DNA of 51,184 nucleotides from a virus (Duplodnaviria; Heunggongvirae; Uroviricota; Caudoviricetes): IMG/VR virus record IMGVR_UViG_2585427745_000020; one strand, 5' to 3'. Shown piece by piece: positions 1 to 8,637 of this stretch (position 1 is its first letter; each line of letters starts with the position of its first letter). The notes under the pieces were generated by a model. It saw only the letters and a program-made list of their open reading frames with translations, ran no database searches and was not told where the DNA came from. The position numbers and the translations under genes were made by a program.

Positions 1-933
1 ATGGACAACGACAAAATTGATCAACACAGCGACGAAATTGAAGTTGAGAGCGAAGAAAAAGAGCGCGGCAAAAAAATAGAAATAGATGAAGACCGACTCC
101 CCTCCCGGGCGATGGCAATTCATGAGCATATCCGCCAGGATGGTGAAAAAGAGCTGGAACGCGACGCAATGGCGCTACTGTGGTCAGCCATTGCGGCGGG
201 TCTGTCGATGGGCGCTTCGTTACTGGCAAAAGGGATATTTCAAGTCGAACTGGAAGGTGTGCCGGGCAGCTTCTTGCTGGAGAATCTCGGTTATACCTTT
301 GGTTTTATTATCGTCATTATGGCCCGCCAGCAATTATTTACCGAAAATACCGTGACTGCGGTACTACCCGTCATGCAAAAACCGACAATGAGCAACGTCG
401 GCTTACTTATACGGTTATGGGGCGTCGTGCTGCTGGGTAATATTCTCGGGACAGGTATTGCGGCGTGGGCATTTGAATATATGCCTATCTTCAATGAAGA
501 AACTCGCGATGCATTTGTCAAAATCGGCATGGATGTGATGAAGAACACCCCCAGCGAGATGTTTGCCAACGCGATCATTTCCGGCTGGCTGATCGCCACT
601 ATGGTTTGGATGTTTCCTGCAGCGGGTGCGGCAAAGATTGTGGTGATTATATTGATGACCTGGCTTATTGCCCTGGGTGACACCACCCATATCGTGGTCG
701 GTTCTGTTGAAATCCTCTATCTGGTGTTTAACGGTACGCTGCACTGGAGCGATTTCATCTGGCCCTTCGCACTACCTACTTTAGCGGGGAACATCTGCGG
801 CGGCACCTTTATCTTCGCGTTAATGAGTCATGCACAGATTCGTAACGACATGAGCAATAAGCGTAAAGCAGAAGCACGCCAAAAAGCAGAACGTGCGGAA
901 AACATTAAGAAAAATTATAAAAACCCGGCATAA
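1..933 (+). CDS. yfdC: Host inner-membrane protein, formate/nitrite-transporter-like (YfdC)
   Basis: 310-aa ORF with hydrophobic membrane core; recognised as the gene that precedes argW in E. coli; stop TAA at 931-933. Confidence 0.75.
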   Translation: MDNDKIDQHSDEIEVESEEKERGKKIEIDEDRLPSRAMAIHEHIRQDGEKELERDAMALLWSAIAAGLSMGASLLAKGIFQVELEGVPGSFLLENLGYTFGFIIVIMARQQLFTENTVTAVLPVMQKPTMSNVGLLIRLWGVVLLGNILGTGIAAWAFEYMPIFNEETRDAFVKIGMDVMKNTPSEMFANAIISGWLIATMVWMFPAAGAAKIVVIILMTWLIALGDTTHIVVGSVEILYLVFNGTLHWSDFIWPFALPTLAGNICGGTFIFALMSHAQIRNDMSNKRKAEARQKAERAENIKKNYKNPA

Positions 934-1008
934 ATGGCGAGGGTTTAAGCAATCGAGCGGCAGCGTACTTACCCCGCACTCCATTAGCGGGTATACTCAT
1001 GCCGCATT

Positions 1009-1083
1009 GTCCTCTTAGTTAAATGGATATAACGAGCCCCTCCTAAGGGCTAATTGCAGGTTCGATTCCTGCAGGGGACACCA
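1009..1083 (+). tRNA. argW: tRNA-Arg (anticodon CCU)
   Basis: 75-nt sequence GTCCTCTTAGTTAAATGGATATAACGAGCCCCTCCTAAGGGCTAATTGCAGGTTCGATTCCTGCAGGGGACACCA; anticodon loop CTCCTAA; T-arm GCAGG-TTCGATT-CCTGC; encoded CCA. Confidence 0.9.
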
Positions 1084-1084
1084 T
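1069..1084. repeat. attL core of the argW prophage (3' end of tRNA, CTGCAGGGGACACCAT)
   Basis: 3' end of argW directly upstream of the integrase; a 13/16 matching copy lies at 40923-40938. Confidence 0.6.
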
Positions 1085-1244
1085 TTATCAGTTCGCTCTC
1101 ATCCGTACCAGTCCGCAAAATCTCCTGAATATCAAGCCTTCCGTAGATTCACAGTTCGTTATGGTTCGCGTCAGATCGTTGACAGCCGCACCCCATGACG
1201 GGTAAAAAGTGGATAAAATAATTTTACCCTCCGGATTTTTACCC

Positions 1245-2402
1245 ATGCTCACCGTTAAGCAGATTGAAGCAGCAAAGCCGAAAGAAAAACCATACCGCCT
1301 ACTCGATGGTAATGGCCTGTACCTTTATGTCCCTGTATCCGGGAAAAAGGTATGGCAGCTTCGCTACAAGATTGACGGTAAGGAAAAAATACTGACCGTA
1401 GGAAAATATCCGCTTATGACTTTGCAGGAGGCAAGGGATAAAGCATGGACTGCGAGGAAAGACATCTCGGTTGGCATCGATCCGGTAAAGGCGAAAAAGG
1501 CCTCGTCTAACAACAATTCCTTTAGTGCGATTTACAAGGAATGGTACGAACACAAGAAGCAAGTCTGGTCAGTAGGGTATGCGACTGAACTTGCAAAAAT
1601 GTTTGATGACGACATTTTACCCATCATCGGCGATCTTGAAATTCAGGATATTGAGCCGATGCAACTGCTGGAAGTAATCCGCAGATTTGAAGATCGCGGT
1701 GCAATGGAGCGAGCCAACAAAGCCCGCAGAAGATGCGGCGAGGTTTTCCGTTACGCTATTGTCACCGGCAGGGCTAAATATAACCCGGCACCTGACCTTG
1801 CTGACGCCATGAAGGGATACCGCAAGAAGAACTTCCCGTTTCTTCCTGCAGACCAGATCCCGGCATTCAATAAAGCACTGGCAACATTTTCAGGAAGTAT
1901 CGTATCGCTCATTGCCACCAAGGTTTTACGCTATACAGCCCTAAGAACGAAAGAGCTTCGTTCTATGCTATGGAATAACGTCGATTTTGAAAACAGGATT
2001 ATCACTATCAACGCCAGTGTGATGAAGGGACGCAAAATTCATGTGGTTCCTATGTCAGACCAGGTGGTTGAACTTCTCACTACGCTAAGCTCTATCACCA
2101 AACCAGTATCAGAGTTTGTTTTTGCCGGCCGCAACGATAAGAAAAAGCCAATCTGCGAGAACGCGGTATTGCTTGTGATCAAACAAATCGGCTATGAGGG
2201 TCTGGAAAGCGGTCACGGATTCAGGCATGAATTCAGCACGATTATGAACGAGCACGAATGGCCTGCTGATGCTATTGAAGTGCAACTGGCACATGCCAAC
2301 GGCGGTTCTGTGCGCGGGATTTACAACCATGCGCAGTATCTCGATAAACGCAGGGAAATGATGCAATGGTGGGCGGACTGGCTTGATGAGAAGGTAGAGT
2401 GA
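1245..2402 (+). CDS. intS: Tyrosine integrase, IntS type
   Basis: ORF 1209-2402 (GTG); likely start at ATG 1245 (MLTVKQIEAAKPK...), giving 385 aa; N-terminal arm-binding-type motif; adjacent to tRNA. Confidence 0.85.
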   Translation: MLTVKQIEAAKPKEKPYRLLDGNGLYLYVPVSGKKVWQLRYKIDGKEKILTVGKYPLMTLQEARDKAWTARKDISVGIDPVKAKKASSNNNSFSAIYKEWYEHKKQVWSVGYATELAKMFDDDILPIIGDLEIQDIEPMQLLEVIRRFEDRGAMERANKARRRCGEVFRYAIVTGRAKYNPAPDLADAMKGYRKKNFPFLPADQIPAFNKALATFSGSIVSLIATKVLRYTALRTKELRSMLWNNVDFENRIITINASVMKGRKIHVVPMSDQVVELLTTLSSITKPVSEFVFAGRNDKKKPICENAVLLVIKQIGYEGLESGHGFRHEFSTIMNEHEWPADAIEVQLAHANGGSVRGIYNHAQYLDKRREMMQWWADWLDEKVE

Positions 2403-2550
2403 TCCGCCTTAACAACTATCGAATATCACAAAGCCTTGCAATCAAGTGCAAAGCTTTGTGTGTCTCAGTTTTGCCTCATAGGTAATGAGGCTTTAACTGC
2501 GATGCAGTAATCCATACTAAAATTTACTTAAAATTCATAAATACACCAGA

Positions 2551-2581
2551 TAAAAACAATCCCGCAGTTTTTATGCGGGAT
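2551..2581 (-). terminator. Rho-independent terminator downstream of the tailspike gene
   Basis: Inverted repeat ATCCCGCA (2559-2566) / TGCGGGAT (2574-2581) followed on the minus strand by a U-run (plus A-run 2552-2558). Confidence 0.6.
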
Positions 2582-2599
2582 ATACTGCATTTATTGCAA

Positions 2600-5305
2600 C
2601 TACATTGCCATTAATATAAACATGGCCAATTCGTCATAACGAATTCCGTAGCGTCCTCCTGCTTTTTTTACAAGAATCATATCTCCTGTTTTATATTGAG
2701 AATAAATTTTCTCACCTGTATCAGGATCTGTGCTCTCTTCAGTTATCACCTCTTCATCCCATACGTCAGGCCATTCATCGTAACACCAAAAAGCATATTG
2801 CTCAGGGTTTAAACCATGCTTTCTAAGAATATCCCCTACGGTTTGAGCGCCAACGCCAAAATGATACCTGGACGACTCAATTCCTTTGTGATTAATTGAG
2901 TCATTAAATTTAAATTTATAGATGACTGACTTTATTTCAATAGCGGCATCACGCTCTGCATTAAGAATATCATATCTTGTTTTAAGAGTTTCATCTGATG
3001 TATTGATTGACCCGGTTCCTGCATAAATAACAGAGCATCTGTTTGATGGCTGTCCAATAGCTTTAACATTATCATCAACAGGAGCTATTTTATTAGCATC
3101 TGCCAACCACCAGTCTGTTCCATCAGCGTGACCGATTCTTACTCTTATCCCACTTCTAATATTTAAACTTCCAGTATTACTCTGTAAATTACAATCTCCT
3201 GACGTTGGTCCAAGCAGTACAGTTTTACCAACACCACATACTACTCTGGCATTTCCTTTTTGTGATACGAGTCTTGACTCACCTCCTGACTGCTCAGGAA
3301 GAGATTTATGGTCTATAAATGCATCGCGGGGGTTAAATACACCGTCTCCAGAATTATATCTTCCTCCTGTATAGTTGTTAAATACAGGACCCCAGTCAAC
3401 GCCATTGCCTTCAGAGCACCCGACCATTCTAAGCACTCGAGTATTCCCTGCTGCATATGGTAATGAGCTTGTTGATTGCCGGGAAGCTATCATACGTGCT
3501 CCATAACCAATAGCATTACCACCATTTATAGTTACATATGCTTGCTGGCTTTCGAAATATGTACTGTAAAAGTTCATATTTCCACAGTCATGTAGATGAA
3601 TAAGAACATCATCCCATCCCTGAATGGTTCCTGCATGTACCTGTACACCGCGAACTGGTTCCCCTGAAACCTCCATACACTCTGATGGTCGGCTGAATGG
3701 TTGAGACAGGTATTGCGATGTGGCAAGCAGATGTGTGTGGTGATACAGGCTGGTAATGTAGCAATCAAAAAATTGCTTTCCCGCCATACCAAAGTTATCT
3801 ATGTCATTTCGCCGTATAGTAGAACCTACTGTTGCCTCAGAAGCGTTAGACACTCCAGTAAATACTAACTTATCACCGGATACGGATAATCCTGAATAAG
3901 TGAAATTCCTGCCTCCAGATCTTAAAACCCCGGACGTTTCGAAGGTGTGGCTTGCTGACCATGGGATTTCGATAGTGCTGGACGTTACCGCTGTAATTCG
4001 GAATACATCATGGGCGCGGATCGAAATACCCTTGAATCCCTGGAATCTACAGTGATAATAGTTTTCATCCTCGCCCTGAGCGGCCAGCGTGCCAGATACA
4101 GGAATGTTCGTTTTTAAAAGTGCCGTCTTGCGCCAGTATCCAACCACCTGCAAATTGCGGTATTCATTGCCAAAAGACGCACGTGACCAAATACCTACAT
4201 CCCACTCATCGCCAAGACCGGTATTTGCAATGTCTTTATAACCATCCAGCCCATTGAAATATGGAACAATACGAAAGTTCTCAAGGCGAACACATCCTGT
4301 CTCTGGCATCAATATTGCGGCAGAGAATGGTTTAAGCGTGGCTCTTGTAGCCCCATTAGCATCACCGTTAGTAAAATCCAATAAATCATATGATGACGCA
4401 GGTGCCGTTGTTGTATACGGGTCTTCGGAAGATGGATTAGAAACCACACCACCACTAACATCCATATTAGAAACACAATCTACAGTATATTTTTTATTTC
4501 CTACACCGTACATCAGGAATGTGGTCCCTGTGGTAATATCAGGAGCAAATGTTGCAGTATATCCAGAGACCCATTTGCCCACACCAAGACCAATTATCCC
4601 ACCACCAGAAACAGGTGTTAACGTATCCGTTATTACATACGCATTATCAGTACCATAAATAACCTTTCCTGTGTTAAGGGCAGCTTGCCACGCGGCCCAG
4701 TCTATTGACTGAGATAATGAGTCAACAAAAGGATATAAGGATTTTGCTTCAGAAATTGAAGAAAACCACTCAGATAATGGATGATATTTCCCATCCCCAA
4801 TTGCTCCAAATTGTTTTACATTTAAGAAAAGAGCATTGTTTTCATGCTGAGTTATAGTTACAGCCCCGGTAAATGGCTGCCTTACCCCAATTAATGCATC
4901 ACCTTTTGAATCATCATTAATGTATGCTCCTGATTGAGATAACTGCTCTTTGAAGTCTGGGCCAAACTGATCTGGATCGTATTTTAATACATTTGGAAAA
5001 TAAAACTGCTGAGTGCCATAAGCATCGTAAACAACCATAGAATGGCCTTGCACGGTTACGAATTTGGCAATCTGTCCGTTATATACCGGATATCCAGCAG
5101 CGTTAATGATGATTGGTTGCGAAACAGGAACGTGAGAACCGTCTTCGTTCTCTACATAAACCTGACTCTGGTTTTCAGGATTTACCGGGTCAGTGTCAAT
5201 TTTACCGATATAAATTTTGCCATTGGCTACGGCTTTAAAAGAACGCGCCATAGTGAAGAGTTGCGAAGGCATACTCACTACAACATTGGCTGTAATGTCT
5301 GTCAT
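2600..5305 (-). CDS. Tailspike protein, P22-like N-terminal head-binding domain, distinct receptor-binding body, C-terminal chaperone-like segment
   Basis: 901 aa; N-terminus [13 protein letters not shown]...[25 protein letters not shown] matches P22 gp9; C-terminus carries an S-D-x-x-L-K motif typical of tail-fibre intramolecular chaperone domains. Confidence 0.85.
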   Translation of the reverse strand: MTDITANVVVSMPSQLFTMARSFKAVANGKIYIGKIDTDPVNPENQSQVYVENEDGSHVPVSQPIIINAAGYPVYNGQIAKFVTVQGHSMVVYDAYGTQQFYFPNVLKYDPDQFGPDFKEQLSQSGAYINDDSKGDALIGVRQPFTGAVTITQHENNALFLNVKQFGAIGDGKYHPLSEWFSSISEAKSLYPFVDSLSQSIDWAAWQAALNTGKVIYGTDNAYVITDTLTPVSGGGIIGLGVGKWVSGYTATFAPDITTGTTFLMYGVGNKKYTVDCVSNMDVSGGVVSNPSSEDPYTTTAPASSYDLLDFTNGDANGATRATLKPFSAAILMPETGCVRLENFRIVPYFNGLDGYKDIANTGLGDEWDVGIWSRASFGNEYRNLQVVGYWRKTALLKTNIPVSGTLAAQGEDENYYHCRFQGFKGISIRAHDVFRITAVTSSTIEIPWSASHTFETSGVLRSGGRNFTYSGLSVSGDKLVFTGVSNASEATVGSTIRRNDIDNFGMAGKQFFDCYITSLYHHTHLLATSQYLSQPFSRPSECMEVSGEPVRGVQVHAGTIQGWDDVLIHLHDCGNMNFYSTYFESQQAYVTINGGNAIGYGARMIASRQSTSSLPYAAGNTRVLRMVGCSEGNGVDWGPVFNNYTGGRYNSGDGVFNPRDAFIDHKSLPEQSGGESRLVSQKGNARVVCGVGKTVLLGPTSGDCNLQSNTGSLNIRSGIRVRIGHADGTDWWLADANKIAPVDDNVKAIGQPSNRCSVIYAGTGSINTSDETLKTRYDILNAERDAAIEIKSVIYKFKFNDSINHKGIESSRYHFGVGAQTVGDILRKHGLNPEQYAFWCYDEWPDVWDEEVITEESTDPDTGEKIYSQYKTGDMILVKKAGGRYGIRYDELAMFILMAM

Positions 5306-5361
5306 TTAATTTGCTCCAGATGCAAGGAATCGCCGCAGCATGGCTACGGTGAATTTTGGGC

Positions 5362-5386
5362 ATAAAAAAACCCAGCCGAAGCTGGG
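5362..5386 (-). terminator. Rho-independent terminator after the ant-position gene
   Basis: Hairpin CCCAGC-CGAA-GCTGGG (5371-5386) followed on the minus strand by UUUUUUU (plus A-run 5364-5370). Confidence 0.7.
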
Positions 5387-5405
5387 TCGTTGCGTTGGTT
5401 ATCTG

Positions 5406-6296
5406 TCAGTAGTTATGTACTGAAGGAGGTAATTCTTTATTCTTAAGTCTCATCCATGCGGAAAGATTCGTTGGTCCGTCTGGCTCATTAATATCAACAT
5501 CTCGTGTGTGATTGATTAAAACGTCTCTCGCCATTCCGATAACATACGAGAACTCATGGCCATAGTCGTAGCATCTGCCTGAATAGTTCGATTGAATTTG
5601 TTTTAATGCCGGATACAGTTCGCGGAATAATGCCTGTGAACGGTTAGCATAATCCCATAACCATACAAGGCTGTTTGCTTCTTTTGCAGAAAGCTCGTTT
5701 GCTTTCTTCTCTTGTTTGCCAATGAACTCACCTTCAAGCACTACCCTGTGGATGTACTCTACGGCCAGCGGGATTTGTTCAATTGAAAGTTCATCAATGC
5801 TGTCAATACCAAAACGCTGATGAACCATATTGTATGCATCGTCATAGCGAAGTCCTTTCTTTCCTACCAGCATGTTTACTGCATCGCGTAGCGGTGTGCG
5901 TTCAGCTACTGAAGTTTTACCGCCAATAGCCCTCCTTTCTTGTGTGGTAGTAACCATTGCGTCATATGCACGGATAACCTTCAGCGCAAAGGCTGCGCTA
6001 ATCCACATGGCGTAGGAGTAAACAAGCTCCTTGCACACGTAGGTTCCACCATATCTACCTTTCTTAGAAAGGACGGGATTCTTATTCTGCATATCCGCAG
6101 AATTAAAAATTTCATTAATCAATTCAATAGTTTCATTTCTACGCATGAAGAAAGCTGGCTGATGTTTTTCCTCCTTTCCAGACGCTACATGAAGGTCATT
6201 AAGCGAGTAACGCCCCTCTGAATCCATATGAATCTTGACGTCAGAAATGATGATGCTATTAGTGCAATTTACAGTTGACTTTGCTAAGCTTGACAT
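5406..6296 (-). CDS. KilA-N-domain protein at the immI antirepressor (ant) position
   Basis: 296 aa; N-terminal KilA-N-like segment; sits downstream of arc in the Pant operon. Confidence 0.65.
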   Translation of the reverse strand: MSSLAKSTVNCTNSIIISDVKIHMDSEGRYSLNDLHVASGKEEKHQPAFFMRRNETIELINEIFNSADMQNKNPVLSKKGRYGGTYVCKELVYSYAMWISAAFALKVIRAYDAMVTTTQERRAIGGKTSVAERTPLRDAVNMLVGKKGLRYDDAYNMVHQRFGIDSIDELSIEQIPLAVEYIHRVVLEGEFIGKQEKKANELSAKEANSLVWLWDYANRSQALFRELYPALKQIQSNYSGRCYDYGHEFSYVIGMARDVLINHTRDVDINEPDGPTNLSAWMRLKNKELPPSVHNY

Positions 6297-6358
6297 ATCA
6301 ATAATACCTCGTAAGTTTTGTTGATACCGAAGCCCTGACTGTTACAGCAGTTGGGGCT

Positions 6359-6628
6359 TCAACGTTTTTCCACTTCATTTTGAATTTGCTTAAGTAGCAT
6401 ATTTGTCTCGTCAAGCCTCTTGTTAATACGGTCAAGGCTTTCTACTAAATCGTTATGTGCATGTGATACTTCGTAATTTGAGACTGATTTTTTTTCCTCT
6501 ATCGTCTTTGTCAATCGTTCCCCTGATTGATACATATTGATTAACGATGTAAAAATCACGAGCAAGCAAACTACAATGATTGCGCCAGACAAAAATTGTA
6601 AAGAACGATCAAGCAATGACACCTTCAT
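6359..6628 (-). CDS. Hypothetical small membrane protein in the arc-ant operon
   Basis: 89 aa; N-terminal hydrophobic helix then charged coiled-coil-like tail; between arc and the ant-position gene. Confidence 0.45.
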   Translation of the reverse strand: MKVSLLDRSLQFLSGAIIVVCLLVIFTSLINMYQSGERLTKTIEEKKSVSNYEVSHAHNDLVESLDRINKRLDETNMLLKQIQNEVEKR

Positions 6629-6783
6629 ACCGTAATCCCCTCTCTCTTCAGGCTGTCCATCACTCGCTTGTAAATCTCAGAGTTAACAGATCGCCCGTTC
6701 TCTTCCGCCACCTTACGCACCAAATCCAATACTTCTTTAGGCCACCGCAAATTGAACTGCGGCATTTTGCTCATTCCTTTCAT
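6625..6783 (-). CDS. arc: Arc repressor (ribbon-helix-helix)
   Basis: MKGMSKMPQFNLRWPKEVLDLVRKVAEENGRSVNSEIY... near-identical to P22 Arc; the longer track ORF (to 6846) would overlap the operators, so start placed at 6783. Confidence 0.9.
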   Translation of the reverse strand: MKGMSKMPQFNLRWPKEVLDLVRKVAEENGRSVNSEIYKRVMDSLKREGITV

Positions 6784-6798
6784 ATTCACCTCACAATA

Positions 6799-6817
6799 TA
6801 GGTCCACCGTGGACCTA
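6799..6817. promoter_or_regulatory. Mnt operator (perfect palindrome TAGGTCCACCGTGGACCTA)
   Basis: 19-bp perfect dyad between divergent arc and mnt, matching the P22 Omnt pattern. Confidence 0.8.
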
Positions 6818-6825
6818 TTGAGAAT

Positions 6826-6846
6826 ATAGTAGAGTGCTTCTATCAT
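6826..6846. promoter_or_regulatory. Arc operator (ATAGTAGAGTGCTTCTATCAT)
   Basis: 21-bp imperfect dyad next to Omnt, matching the P22 Oarc pattern. Confidence 0.75.
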
Positions 6847-6873
6847 GTCAATACACTAACTTGGGGTGATGGC

Positions 6874-7122
6874 ATGGCTAGAGACGATCCGCACTTTAAC
6901 TTCCGTATGCCTTTGGAAGTAAGAGAAAAATTGAAATTAAGAGCAGAGGCTAACGGAAGGTCAATGAACTCTGAGTTATTACAAATCGTTCAGGATGCTC
7001 TCTCAAAGCCATCACCGATTGCAGGCTATCGAGACGAAGCTGAACGCTTGGCTGATCAGCAAGCAGAAATTGTTAAGAAGATGGTGTTTGAAACCCTGAA
7101 AAAAATGTACGAGACCAGATAG
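6874..7122 (+). CDS. mnt: Mnt repressor
   Basis: 82 aa; MARDDPHFNFRMPLEVREKLKLRAEANGRSMNSELLQIVQDALSKP... near-identical to P22 Mnt. Confidence 0.9.
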   Translation: MARDDPHFNFRMPLEVREKLKLRAEANGRSMNSELLQIVQDALSKPSPIAGYRDEAERLADQQAEIVKKMVFETLKKMYETR

Positions 7123-7164
7123 GTCAATGTTTGTTCGTTGATATAAAATAACAAGGTATACATT

Positions 7165-7764
7165 GTGATTGAGATAGGCGTTATGGCCATCCTGAATCAA
7201 GAGCCAGGAAAAATTGAAAACGTTTTTTCTGACATATCAACATCTATCGAGCGTTCAATTTCAGACTTTGATCGCAGTCATAGCGGCTCTTTGTCTAAAA
7301 AACAGGCTTCTGAAGCTCTTAGCAAGATCTACTGCGTTATGTCACCTGTAGAGGAAGTTTGCAAAAAGTACATTACATTCATTGACATATTAAGTAATGG
7401 TACGGAAGAAGATATTTCCTCACTTGATATTCAACATGACGATGTAGATATGTTGAACGATCAAATATCTAAGCTTGATTATGGTATCGCGAAACTGTTG
7501 TATACCTTCTTCATCGCTGAGAACAGCGATGCGTGGAAGCCCCATATGTCAACTCTTACAACAATGAAAAACCACTCAATAAATACTTTTATAGAATACA
7601 AAAGGCTAACTATGGGGCTTGTGACGCTAGCAATGCAGCACATACCACTATCATATGCTGAACCTGAAGAGTTCACTGAAGAAGAGTTGGCTTCATTCAA
7701 GAAATCAGTTGAAGATTCACATAAAAGATTTGGCATGGAAGCACCAAAATGGAAAACCGCATAA
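7165..7764 (+). CDS. Hypothetical protein, first gene of the AT-rich cassette
   Basis: 199 aa; GTG start (ATG at 7183 is an alternative); no recognised motif; overlaps the next gene by 16 nt. Confidence 0.5.
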   Translation: MIEIGVMAILNQEPGKIENVFSDISTSIERSISDFDRSHSGSLSKKQASEALSKIYCVMSPVEEVCKKYITFIDILSNGTEEDISSLDIQHDDVDMLNDQISKLDYGIAKLLYTFFIAENSDAWKPHMSTLTTMKNHSINTFIEYKRLTMGLVTLAMQHIPLSYAEPEEFTEEELASFKKSVEDSHKRFGMEAPKWKTA

Positions 7765-8168
7765 GCATTGTTGTAGATGCAGCGGCTGGACCATTAGAAC
7801 AATACTTTGCGAAGGCTCTTGCAAACTACAAAAACAGAGGCACCGTTTCAGCTTATCTTGGTAAGATTGGTGGGTTTGAGAGAAACCATCACGCCGTCTT
7901 ATCGGGAATTTACAAGTCGCACATCAGGATCCCTGGAGTAGATGATCCTTGGTTAAAAACAACGCCAATACATCGTAGAGTTAGCGATAACTTTTTGATA
8001 TTTGCGGTACACAACACATATCCAATTCATATCCAGATCATTGCTATCATTAAACCTGATGGTCATGAGAAGGTAAAAAAACTATTGCCAGCCATCATTG
8101 ATATAACTGAAAAAAGATTCCAATCTCTAAATGAGAGGGAGCTTAACTCGTTGATTTCATACAAATAA
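7749..8168 (+). CDS. Putative YafO-family toxin-like protein
   Basis: 139 aa; segments FERNHHAVL and IIAIIKPDGHEK resemble remembered YafO motifs (FERVAHIHL, LIAILKPEPHK); recalled from memory, not searched. Confidence 0.5.
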   Translation: MENRISIVVDAAAGPLEQYFAKALANYKNRGTVSAYLGKIGGFERNHHAVLSGIYKSHIRIPGVDDPWLKTTPIHRRVSDNFLIFAVHNTYPIHIQIIAIIKPDGHEKVKKLLPAIIDITEKRFQSLNERELNSLISYK

Positions 8169-8190
8169 AATATCAACTAAGGAGGTTGGT

Positions 8191-8613
8191 GTGTTTGGTA
8201 TATTAACGAGAAGCAAGATAAAAAAATTAAGGGCAGAACTCGCCGAAACACAAAAACTGGCTTCACATTTTTACAAAATGAAATACGACGCTGAAGAGCG
8301 TGCATTTGTTGAGTTATGCGATTTATCTATTCGTATGGGAGTAGAGCCAGATGTAGCGGCAAAAACCCAACAAGGCATTGATATACTTGCAGATGTTGTT
8401 TTAAACAGGCAATATGCGTTTTATCTAAACGAGAAGGCCATTCAGATTTACTCTCAAATCTTCCTCCTAGAAAAAAGAAGAGGAACTCACGATCGAGAAG
8501 AGTGGTTAAATGAAGTTGTTAAAAAATCTGGCTGGGAAGTTGTTTCATCAGAGCTACCTCTTATTTGTGCTGATTTAATCGAAGAGGCAAAAGAGCGCCT
8601 ATCCGATGGCTAA
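8191..8613 (+). CDS. Hypothetical protein, third gene of the cassette
   Basis: 140 aa; GTG start preceded by strong RBS AAGGAGG (8179-8185); convergent with the late operon. Confidence 0.5.
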   Translation: MFGILTRSKIKKLRAELAETQKLASHFYKMKYDAEERAFVELCDLSIRMGVEPDVAAKTQQGIDILADVVLNRQYAFYLNEKAIQIYSQIFLLEKRRGTHDREEWLNEVVKKSGWEVVSSELPLICADLIEEAKERLSDG

Positions 8614-8637
8614 ACGAATCCATCCGTGGATTACTAA

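Noticed and set aside
8617-8632. Short palindrome AATCCA-TCCG-TGGATT between the convergent cassette gene 3 and the gp16-like gene
   Set aside because: Only a 6-bp stem and no flanking U-run on either strand; too weak to call as a bidirectional terminator.
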